Part shown: positions 54,565 to 63,064 of the stretch, one piece after another
Layout of the letters: every line of letters begins with the position of its first letter
Position numbering within the stretch: the stretch's first letter is position 1
Origin: an uncultured bacterium
GTDB lineage: Bacteria > CSSED10-310
DNA: 64,000 nt
Assembly: GCA_964404285.1 (NCBI GenBank)
Contig: CAYOJK010000010.1
Coordinates: 10,303 to 74,302 of the forward strand
Direction: 5' to 3'
The notes under the pieces: generated by a model
What the model saw: only the letters and a program-made list of their open reading frames with translations
Told to the model about the DNA's origin: nothing
Databases searched by the model: none
Made by a program: the position numbers and the translations under genes

Positions 54565-55980
54565 CTACGGATATCCTTCAAAAACCTTGTAGAGATGCAC
54601 CTCGTTTTTTTGAAAAAGCAAGGTGAATTTATCACCAGTATCTCGAATTCGAGCCCATTCATCATGAAATTGCTCTTGTGTTAAAGGCCAGGGTCTATCC
54701 GATAGACACAGCAAAATGTATTCACATTCCTCATATCGGATTCCGTTTTGTAATGATTTCGGGAAAACCCATGCTGTCTGATCTCTGTGGAGATGTGGAA
54801 TAAAATTATTTTGTGCGGAAATAGTCGCTCCTTCCGGTATCAGGTTGATTGCTTCACGTTTTGCCTGATGGACATTTTGAATAGCATGGAATTTATAACG
54901 TGAACTAAATGTGCTGAAGCACAAGACAAAGAGACCTACTATGACGAGTCTCTTATGGATGATCTTTAATTTGTTGAATAGTCGTATTTCGATTTTGGCT
55001 ATTGAGTTGATAAACGGCCAGATAACAAATGGCAACACAGGGGCAGAGTAATATTGAACAAGTTGCTTTTGAGCAGAATGGGAACTCATCGAATTCAGAA
55101 TCATCCCGGGTATAGCAACAAGGAAAGAATATGGAGATAGAATTGGTAGAAACAAGAAACTTTTTGTTACGCTCCATATTGTTTTCCATTGGACTTCGGT
55201 TGTCAATGCCGGTGTACTGAGAAATGTCCAGATTATGTTTTTCATATTGTTTCCCAGATGTGCCAAACGAACGCTTGCAACAATCGGAGTTCCATCATTC
55301 AGTGCCGGTAAGACAAAGCCAAGAACCAGTGATCCGACCGTGACCGACAGGATCATAAGGCTTGTTCCAATTCTCCATTTTCTTTTCACTAGGGTAAGAT
55401 ATACGCCGAAGAAGAAGATATAAAGAAACATGTCTTCCTTTACTGTGAAAGATAAAGCGGCCATGATAAACATCAAGGTGAAGTTTTCCTTTTTATATGC
55501 GCAGATCATAATGAGAAAGATCGCTATAACGAATATTTCATGATGAAAATCGAACATCAAGCAGCGGGAAAAATATGAATTTCCAACCACAAACATGGCA
55601 CAAAAAGCAGAAATCGAAGTTGAAACCCCTGAGTATTTAGCCAGGAAATAAACGGAAATAATGGCTGAAGCGCCTGCAAATGCGAGTAGAATTAAAAGGA
55701 CAATGGGTGTATCGAGAATCCAATAAAACGGGATAAATATCAGGATAAAGGGCGCAAAATGTTCAGCAAGAAAGTTTCTTTGTAACTGGTGGGAAAACAA
55801 GAATTTTCCTTTCAAAGTATTTGAAATGGCTGTGTCGTACATCGACAGATCGTAAGCCCCTGTATTAAAAGAATAGTGTTGATTGAGTTTAATGCTGACG
55901 AGGAATAGGAATGAACCGATAAAAATGATAATGGCCGTGTTTCTGGCTGTAAAAAATTTTTGAGTAGCTCGTATAAGCAT
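54565..55980 (-). CDS. DUF2079-like polytopic membrane protein (GT-C-fold-like)
   Basis: YDLSMYD...LAEHFAPFI, FDFHHE, VKED, QYYSAP.LPF motifs, about 11 TM helices. AT-rich. Confidence 0.75.
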   Translation of the reverse strand: MLIRATQKFFTARNTAIIIFIGSFLFLVSIKLNQHYSFNTGAYDLSMYDTAISNTLKGKFLFSHQLQRNFLAEHFAPFILIFIPFYWILDTPIVLLILLAFAGASAIISVYFLAKYSGVSTSISAFCAMFVVGNSYFSRCLMFDFHHEIFVIAIFLIMICAYKKENFTLMFIMAALSFTVKEDMFLYIFFFGVYLTLVKRKWRIGTSLMILSVTVGSLVLGFVLPALNDGTPIVASVRLAHLGNNMKNIIWTFLSTPALTTEVQWKTIWSVTKSFLFLPILSPYSFLVAIPGMILNSMSSHSAQKQLVQYYSAPVLPFVIWPFINSIAKIEIRLFNKLKIIHKRLVIVGLFVLCFSTFSSRYKFHAIQNVHQAKREAINLIPEGATISAQNNFIPHLHRDQTAWVFPKSLQNGIRYEECEYILLCLSDRPWPLTQEQFHDEWARIRDTGDKFTLLFQKNEVHLYKVFEGYP

Positions 55981-56127
55981 TGCTTTCTTCTTAGGATTTG
56001 ATAACCAATAATAGTTGTTTTTTCCCTTCCTTAAATGTTATAGAAAAACTTCTTTTTTTCAAAACTGGTCTGAAAACACTGGGAAAATTGTTTTTGATTG
56101 ACCTATACCTTCAAACTAGTAATTCCA

Positions 56128-56397
56128 GGGACAGACATCAATTTTTTCGGAAAATAAAAGAAATTCCTAACCCGGAAAGACCTCATCCCCCAGCCCCTTC
56201 TCCATGAATAGAGAAGGGGGGGTTGTTTTTCGGGGACACGGATCGATGTTTATTCAGGGGGACAGACATCCAAAAATAACAAAACGAACCATCTTTTATT
56301 TCTGTATATCAAACCCGTAAGGCCGAAACACCTGCGGCCGGCACATATCTGCGCCATCTGCGTCATCTGGACATTCGGGGGACAGACTTCCAATTTT
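56128..56397 (+). repeat. GGGGACAGAC(A/T)TC direct-repeat cluster upstream of pckA
   Basis: Copies start at 56128, 56232 (degenerate), 56257 and 56377, all in the same orientation with irregular spacing. Confidence 0.85.
56194..56219. repeat. CCCCTTCTC-N8-GAGAAGGGG hairpin of the CCCTCTCCC-type repeat family
   Basis: Perfect 9-bp stem preceded by CCTCATCCCCCAG. The loop contains CATGAA, as does the 3198-3220 copy. Confidence 0.7.
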
Positions 56398-56583
56398 AAA
56401 TCCTATTGTAGATTTAGATGTTATTGGCGTTCATTCGCGTTCATTTGCGGTTAATAAAAAATGGCTACAGCTTAAATAGCTCATCAAATCAACTTGCCTT
56501 ATCGATTGAATTTATTATAATGATCTATTTCCCAACGGATATCCCGTTGGTCTTGAAAATACGTCAGTGAAAGGAAGAGTGCC

Positions 56584-58239
56584 ATGGATAATACAAAAGA
56601 GCTGAAAACAATTCACTCAATGTTGCACTACCATGCAGGGCGACATACAAATGTTCCTAGAGAAACCATGATCAGACTTATTTTGGATAGGCGAGAAGCT
56701 ATCGAGTCTGCTTGTGGCGCTTTGGCGGTTTGGACTCGACCCGAATCAAGCGGTCGAAGCCCCAAAGATACCGTTATCGTCAAACGATCTATCAGCGAAG
56801 CCGATATCGATTGGGATTCACCGAACAATATTGGAATCACAGCGGATACATTCGATATGATACTGGAAGACGCGCTGGAGACGATGGCCGATCATCCTGA
56901 AATTTTTGAAGTCAACCGAGTTGTCGGCGCCGATTCAAGAATGGCGTTGCCGATCCATTTGGTATCGACCCACTGTATCACTGCTCTGTTTGCTGATAAC
57001 ATGTTCCGACCCGTCCCCGACGATATCGAAAAAAGCTGTTTTTACTCTAAACCCTTTACGCTTTTGGTTCTGCCGCTCGACCGCGTAAATCCTGAGCGTT
57101 ATGATGGTCGGTTAAGAAAACTGCCATCCGGCCGAACAACCGATATGGCTATCGCTATGGATTTGGATCGCCGTATAGGTATCGTATTCGGCTCCGCCTA
57201 TTGTGGCAGCGTGAAAAAACTTATCTTCACCGTGATGAACTATTACCTGCCGGCAGAAGGTATTTTACCCTTGCATTGCTCCGCCAACGAAGGAAAGAGT
57301 GGCGACATTGCGCTTCTGTTAGGATTGAGCGGCACCGGAAAAACAACATTGTCAGCAGTTCCAGATAGAGCGCTGTTAGGGGATGATGAACATGCCTGGT
57401 CTAAACACGGTATTTGCAATTTTGAAAATGGCTGTTATGCAAAATTGATCAATCTGGATCCTGAAAAAGAACCGGAAATATACAACGCATGTTTTCATGA
57501 GGATTACACTCTCTATCATGGAGCGATCATCGAAAATGCGATGATGTATCCAGACGGCGAATTCGATCTGGACGATGAAAGATTTACGCCGAACTCTCGA
57601 GGTTCATATCCGCTTCGTTATTTGACCAATATCAAAGAATCGTCGATGGGGGGCCACCCCAGTGTTATCCTATTTTTGACTGCTGACGCCAACGGTGTTT
57701 TGCCTCCTGTTGCCAAGCTGAATCCGGAGCAAGCCATGTTGTGGTTCTTGATGGGATACACCAGCAAACTCGCCGGAACAGAAACCGGTATCGTTGAGCC
57801 AAGAACCACGTTTTCCAGATTTTTTGGTGAACCCTTCATGCCCAGAAATCCGGATGTGTATGCATCGATGTTGGGTAAAATGATGAAAAAACATAAAACC
57901 CAGGTTTATTTGGTCAACACGGGATGGAGCGGCGGCCCGTACGGTGTCGGAAAACGTATGGATATCACGCTGACAAGAAAATTGGTGGATGCGGCGCTAA
58001 ACGGTGATCTGAAATCCGTCAAATATACTGTCGATCCCTTGTTCCACGTTGAAATCCCGCTGGAAGTGCCTGGTCTGAAAGATCAATCGCTGCTTCAACC
58101 GAAAAATACATGGAAAGACAAAGCAGCATTCGACGAACGCGCGCAGAAATTGGCCGCCCAATTCGCCGCTCACTTCGACAAAGCTTATGGCGACAAGGGA
58201 ATCGACCCCTCTGTTGCCGCGCAGTGCCCAGGAAAATAA
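56584..58239 (+). CDS. pckA: Phosphoenolpyruvate carboxykinase (ATP)
   Basis: SGRSPKD, YCGSVKK, LHCSAN, GLSGTGKTTLS, LGDDEH.W, NFENGCYAK, NSRGSYP, GYTSKLAGTE, VNTGWSGG. Confidence 0.97.
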   Translation: MDNTKELKTIHSMLHYHAGRHTNVPRETMIRLILDRREAIESACGALAVWTRPESSGRSPKDTVIVKRSISEADIDWDSPNNIGITADTFDMILEDALETMADHPEIFEVNRVVGADSRMALPIHLVSTHCITALFADNMFRPVPDDIEKSCFYSKPFTLLVLPLDRVNPERYDGRLRKLPSGRTTDMAIAMDLDRRIGIVFGSAYCGSVKKLIFTVMNYYLPAEGILPLHCSANEGKSGDIALLLGLSGTGKTTLSAVPDRALLGDDEHAWSKHGICNFENGCYAKLINLDPEKEPEIYNACFHEDYTLYHGAIIENAMMYPDGEFDLDDERFTPNSRGSYPLRYLTNIKESSMGGHPSVILFLTADANGVLPPVAKLNPEQAMLWFLMGYTSKLAGTETGIVEPRTTFSRFFGEPFMPRNPDVYASMLGKMMKKHKTQVYLVNTGWSGGPYGVGKRMDITLTRKLVDAALNGDLKSVKYTVDPLFHVEIPLEVPGLKDQSLLQPKNTWKDKAAFDERAQKLAAQFAAHFDKAYGDKGIDPSVAAQCPGK

Positions 58240-58321
58240 ACCCGGAGAGCGTTAATTAGCGAGTCTTTTAAAAAGATTATGCGCTGACTCAACGACTATA
58301 AAATTTTTGATAATGATTTTT

Positions 58322-58352
58322 ATACACCTCTGTTTAGGAGGTGTATTTTTTT
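58322..58352 (+). terminator. Intrinsic terminator after pckA
   Basis: ATACACCTC-TGTTTAG-GAGGTGTAT stem followed by a T run. Confidence 0.8.
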
Positions 58353-58420
58353 AATCTTTTCCATCTTGTAATCTTTGGAATCGTGTTCAGACATCCACTG
58401 AAGCGCCTAATTAGTAATTA

Positions 58421-58513
58421 GGGGACAGACATCTGTACTTTTTGGGGGACAGACTTCCAATTTTGTATCTTCGGATATTTTTACGATATTCCGGGGGACA
58501 GACTTCTAATTTT
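58421..58513 (+). repeat. GGGGACAGAC(A/T)TC direct-repeat cluster downstream of pckA
   Basis: Copies at 58421, 58444 and 58493. The 58444-58464 copy is identical over 21 nt to 56377-56397. Confidence 0.85.
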
Positions 58514-58771
58514 ATCCAGAGGATAATAGATGCTGAACTCTAACACTTGATGATTGGACATTGGATATTAGACATTGAAAACTCCCGCTGCTTCTGCCCA
58601 AGCTAATGAAATTCTGAAGCGAAGGCGAGTGTTTGAACACGATTATCACGATTACGGGATTAGATATCTTTTGCTATCCCAGGGATGCGGAACTTGAGTC
58701 AGGATATTTAAATCAACCGAAACCGCAAAAATGTTGATAGAAACGTCGTAGTCCTTGGAAAGCAATTCTCA

Positions 58772-60247
58772 TTAGATCGGATCGACGACAACAACCGGAC
58801 CGATCGTTTCCAACTCGGGCAGCAATGTCTCAGCCGGTCCTACAACAGCAATGACCATATCGTCGGGATGAAGATATTTTTGTGCAACCCTTTGAACATC
58901 GGATATCGACACCTTTTCAACCTGATCGGCAAAATGAGTGACCTCTGTCAAAGGTAAACCATAGAAGGTATTGTGTACCAGTGTCTGAGCAATATCCTCA
59001 TATTCTTCAAACTGAAGTGGGTGACTGGCTATCAATGTCATTTTAGCATTTTCCAGCTCTTCCTGTGTGACCGACTCGTGTCGAATTTTGGCAATTTCCT
59101 GCAGACATACCCTGATCGTTTCTACCGCAGATTCCGCTCGCGTAAACGTGCTCAATAAAAACTCACCCGTGTAATCACGCCTGGCAAAATAACTGTAAAT
59201 ACTATAAGTCAGTCCCCGTTTGACCCGCACCTCTTCGGCAAGACGCGTATATAACCCGCCGCCTCCAAGAATTTTATTCATAACCAGAAGATCGAATCTA
59301 TCCGGATTGGTGCGATTGATACCGATATGACCCATCATGATCTGTGCCTGTGTCACCGGCTTGTCAACCAGTAATACTCTGATGCCTTCAATTGGCCGAG
59401 GAACACCAACGATCGGAAGCGGCTTGGTCGATACCGGCCAGGAACCAAGATACGTTTCACACATTTCAACAGCATTTTCCTTGGAAATATTTCCGACCAC
59501 TACAAGCACTGCACGATCCGGGCAATAGTGATCTTTCCAAAATTGCCTGACATCTTTGCCGGTTATCGCTTTAAGGCCATCGAGTGTTCCATTCATTTGT
59601 TTCTGATAAGGGTGACCTTCAAAAACGGCATCTCGAAATACTCTATCGCAGACATCGCCGACATCATCTTGTTTTCGCATTAAATCTCCGATCAAATATC
59701 GCTTACTCTCTTCTATCACCTGTTCATCAAACGCCGGTCGCGCGATTATTTCGGCAAAATACGGAAACAAAGTCGTCACATCCTCTGTCAGGCACGTGAG
59801 CGTAACAATACAGGATTCATTGTAGGCAACAGATGATACATAAGCGCCATGAGAATCCATGACGGCATCGATTTCTTCGTTTGGGTACGACTCTGTTCCT
59901 TCGGTCAACACCCATCCGGTCAGATAAGCCAGACCGCTTTGTTCAGCGGGATCATAAATCGAGCCACCTCGTATTTGTGCTCTAGCATAAACCATCGGCA
60001 CATCGAGTTTTTGCACCAGGATAACTTGCAGACCATTCGAAAGACGGAATTCTGTTGTTTCTGGAAAATCAAACGATGATCCGGTATCCCATTTTGTCTG
60101 TGTGAGATAATCTGCAAGGTCAGTTGTTTTTGAATCCGGTTTCCGTAAAAACGACAATGGGCCAAGAGAACAACCTGTCAGACAAACCATTATTCCAATT
60201 GCCGATAATATGAAATTTCTGTGTCGTCGGTTAGTCATCGAGGACAT
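58772..60247 (-). CDS. M16 (pitrilysin) family peptidase, non-catalytic subunit, lipoprotein
   Basis: Lipobox VCLTGC, LSNGLQVI, GLAYLTGWVL.EGT in place of HxxEH, ILGGGG..TRL..EVRVKRGLTY. Likely start 60247 (ORF track start 60385). Confidence 0.9.
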   Translation of the reverse strand: MSSMTNRRHRNFILSAIGIMVCLTGCSLGPLSFLRKPDSKTTDLADYLTQTKWDTGSSFDFPETTEFRLSNGLQVILVQKLDVPMVYARAQIRGGSIYDPAEQSGLAYLTGWVLTEGTESYPNEEIDAVMDSHGAYVSSVAYNESCIVTLTCLTEDVTTLFPYFAEIIARPAFDEQVIEESKRYLIGDLMRKQDDVGDVCDRVFRDAVFEGHPYQKQMNGTLDGLKAITGKDVRQFWKDHYCPDRAVLVVVGNISKENAVEMCETYLGSWPVSTKPLPIVGVPRPIEGIRVLLVDKPVTQAQIMMGHIGINRTNPDRFDLLVMNKILGGGGLYTRLAEEVRVKRGLTYSIYSYFARRDYTGEFLLSTFTRAESAVETIRVCLQEIAKIRHESVTQEELENAKMTLIASHPLQFEEYEDIAQTLVHNTFYGLPLTEVTHFADQVEKVSISDVQRVAQKYLHPDDMVIAVVGPAETLLPELETIGPVVVVDPI

Positions 60248-61577
60248 CTCCGTTCCTTTCGTTGACGTCATTGTCCGCCAGTGCAATACCAACGGTACGA
60301 TTAGTAGGCGCCAAATATTTTCGAGCAACCTCCCGAAGCATTTCCGGGGTAATGGCTGCCAGATTATCCGCCAGCTGAATACCATCCTGCCAGGAGCTGA
60401 CCATTTCGTTTTCTCCTACATATTTCGCTATTCCCATACAAGATTGCATCTGATAGACATCTGCAGCAAGAATTTGTGTGCAAGCCATTTGCAATTGATC
60501 GCCTGAAATCCCGTTTTGGATTACATCATCGATGATGGTATCGACTTTTTCCATCACAACTTCTGTCGATACGCCCGGCAGCGTCAGACCGACTATTGTG
60601 AACAACCCCGGCTCAAGCAAAGGTCTGAACCATGCTGTCACGTACATGGCTATAGGGTTCGCTCCATGAGCCAGTCGGCCGAAAGGTGAGGTTTTTCCAC
60701 GAGCCAACACGGTGGCCAACACATTCAGCGGCAGGCTGTCCGGATGAGACGCTGGTGGAACATGATAACCGGCCCAAATCATGCTTCGTTGAACCGGCGA
60801 ATCTATTTCAAAGCGTTTTTCTGCGCTCTGTGGTGGTTCGACAGGGAATGAGCGGACAACTTTTCGGCCTCGTTTGATCGCTCCAAAATGAGTCTCCATC
60901 AAATTCAGGAGTTGCTGAGTTTTAAAGTGACCTATGACGACAGCAACAGCGTTGTTTGGGACATAATACGTGCGATAAAAATTCATTATGTCATCATAGG
61001 TGAACGTTTCGACATCTTCGAGCTTGCCGATAGTAATCGTTTTATAAGGGTGAACATCATAAGCATTCTGATGAAGAAGAAAACGCATTTTTCCTTGAGG
61101 ATTATCAAGATAATTCAAGCGGAGCTCCTCTTTGACAACCTCCAATTCTGCCATTGTTTCCTCGTGTGTCGGAGATAGATTGGCCATTCTTTCCGCCTCA
61201 AGTCGTATGACGAACTCTAAGCGATCTGGAGCAACTGTTTGATGGTAACAGGTTCTATCAAAAGAAGTATTGGCGTTCGAATGCCCGCCCCCGATAGTGG
61301 CCATGAGCCGGGCAAACGATTCACCCTGAAGATGCGTAGTCGATTTGAACATCATATGCTCACAAAAATGCGCCAGCCCTGTTTTTCCAGGCTTTTCATC
61401 GACAGAACCGACCCTGTAATACAGCGCAAACGCCACCACAGGCGAATCCTGTCTTTCGACGGAAATCACTTTCATGCCGTTTGACAGGGTGTGCTCAACG
61501 ACAGGTAAATCAAACTCAGCTGAAACACTGCAAATTATCCACAGTAATCCCAATAGTAATACAAATAGTTTTCTCAT
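60231..61577 (-). CDS. M16 (pitrilysin) family zinc peptidase, catalytic subunit
   Basis: Signal peptide, LSNGMKV, GLAHFCEHMMF (HxxEH), NANTSFDRTCY, EAERM, VVKEELR, YYVPNNA. Confidence 0.93.
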   Translation of the reverse strand: MRKLFVLLLGLLWIICSVSAEFDLPVVEHTLSNGMKVISVERQDSPVVAFALYYRVGSVDEKPGKTGLAHFCEHMMFKSTTHLQGESFARLMATIGGGHSNANTSFDRTCYHQTVAPDRLEFVIRLEAERMANLSPTHEETMAELEVVKEELRLNYLDNPQGKMRFLLHQNAYDVHPYKTITIGKLEDVETFTYDDIMNFYRTYYVPNNAVAVVIGHFKTQQLLNLMETHFGAIKRGRKVVRSFPVEPPQSAEKRFEIDSPVQRSMIWAGYHVPPASHPDSLPLNVLATVLARGKTSPFGRLAHGANPIAMYVTAWFRPLLEPGLFTIVGLTLPGVSTEVVMEKVDTIIDDVIQNGISGDQLQMACTQILAADVYQMQSCMGIAKYVGENEMVSSWQDGIQLADNLAAITPEMLREVARKYLAPTNRTVGIALADNDVNERNGDVLDD

Positions 61578-61590
61578 ATTGATCTGACTC

Positions 61591-62931
61591 TCAAGGTTTT
61601 CTGGTCGTGATATTCCAGGTGATTGTATCGTCTTTCAGTTTTCCGATAACCTCGACATCATAACCCCATCTATTCCACGTATAGCGACGCAACTGACGTT
61701 GGTTGTCCGATGCGACATAGATTTCGTCGATACCATCATCATTCAAGTCCGCCAAGAACGTGGCATGTTCAAAACCTGAGGTTTGGGTGGCTATCAGTGT
61801 TTTTTTCCACGGATCGCTTTCTTTTTTTGGAGGATCCAGTCTCCAGATACCGTTTTTGCTGGTCGATGCGATCACTTCACGCTTGCCGTCTCCGTCCGTG
61901 TCACCGATTGTCAGGAACCTGCACAACTCACCGGGCAAACTGGCAATATCAGTTGAAACAAATTGATTATCGACATATCGGTACATACGAATTCGCGTGG
62001 TGTCCCCGGCAACGTCGCCACCGATATTTTCCCCTTCCAGCGAGGCGAACACTGCGGGTCGATCTTCGCCGGTCAATGTAGCGACCATAATTTCTTTCGC
62101 ATGCCGAGTTGTCAATATATCCACGACTGACTGATGCCATTTTTTCCCATCGAACGCAAACATGTCAATTTCGCCGGGCTGAATCGATCCGTCCATTTTG
62201 TTCGGCATACTTGGAGTAGTAAACAGTTCCATGTAGCCGTTTCCTGTTACGTCACCAATCTCCATTTCATGGACGAAAGTCTCAGTTGTTTTTCGATTGA
62301 GTTCTTCCACAACATAGCGATCCTGTTGCCATTTTGCAATCGCCACGACTCCTTGGTCATGGGTGGCGATACAGATTTCTTTGTGACCGTCATTTGTGAT
62401 ATCGGCAATTTCAAAATCCCGCAATCGATCAAATTTTCCGCCAAATGTGGGATTCCATAGGCTTTCACCTTTCCATTCCCCATTTTCGTCTTTTCGCCAG
62501 ATTTTTAATTGTGCTTGTTGTGCTCCAATTGTCAAGATACCGGGTTCTCCTTCAACCGGTTCAAACCATTCGGCTTTGTGAAACACGTTACTATCTGGAT
62601 CCTCCAGCGCTTCCTCGCGCCAACCCCCTTTTTCAAACGTCCATATATTCAACAGGGCCGGCCCGGGAACAATCTTGGTGTCATCGGTTCCAGGAATGGG
62701 TTCCTTGATAAACTGTGCCTGGGCAAGATAAAGCGTGGCGCCTTCTACTGGTGGAGCGACTTGTTGTGTTTCTACCGGTGCTTTGGTGGCCGTTTCTTCC
62801 TGCAAAGGCGCCTGGGAACCACAACCAACCAGGACACCCGTTATAATGATAAAAATCGCCAGGGAACTCATGGCTACCCCGACTCGATTGCGATGTTGTT
62901 CTATCCACATAGTATTTCTCCTTGATAACAC
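61591..62931 (-). CDS. FG-GAP/VCBS repeat lipoprotein (beta-propeller)
   Basis: Lipobox LVGC, repeated Ca-binding blades (IADITNDGHKEI, IGDVTGNG, IGDTDGDGKREV, LADLNDDGIDEI). Confidence 0.8.
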   Translation of the reverse strand: MLSRRNTMWIEQHRNRVGVAMSSLAIFIIITGVLVGCGSQAPLQEETATKAPVETQQVAPPVEGATLYLAQAQFIKEPIPGTDDTKIVPGPALLNIWTFEKGGWREEALEDPDSNVFHKAEWFEPVEGEPGILTIGAQQAQLKIWRKDENGEWKGESLWNPTFGGKFDRLRDFEIADITNDGHKEICIATHDQGVVAIAKWQQDRYVVEELNRKTTETFVHEMEIGDVTGNGYMELFTTPSMPNKMDGSIQPGEIDMFAFDGKKWHQSVVDILTTRHAKEIMVATLTGEDRPAVFASLEGENIGGDVAGDTTRIRMYRYVDNQFVSTDIASLPGELCRFLTIGDTDGDGKREVIASTSKNGIWRLDPPKKESDPWKKTLIATQTSGFEHATFLADLNDDGIDEIYVASDNQRQLRRYTWNRWGYDVEVIGKLKDDTITWNITTRKP

Positions 62932-63064
62932 AAGATTTTCTGAATCATTTTAACATGACCCGGCAACTCTTATAGCAAATTGAACAGAAGAAAACACCAT
63001 TGAACAAAAACAGTCAGCGCAAAGCGCTATCATAAAGATAAAAGGGGGAAAGCGCCATGCGTTA

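Noticed and set aside
56315-56345. Hammerhead ribozyme-like string CCGTAAGGCCGAAAC
   Set aside because: It resembles stem II plus GAAAC, but the required CUGANGA core upstream and a pairing stem III with an NUH cleavage triplet are absent.
56128-58513. GGGGACAGAC repeats as a CRISPR array
   Set aside because: The conserved core is only about 10-21 nt, start-to-start spacings are irregular (104, 25, 120; 23, 49 nt), the clusters are separated by pckA, and no cas genes are present.
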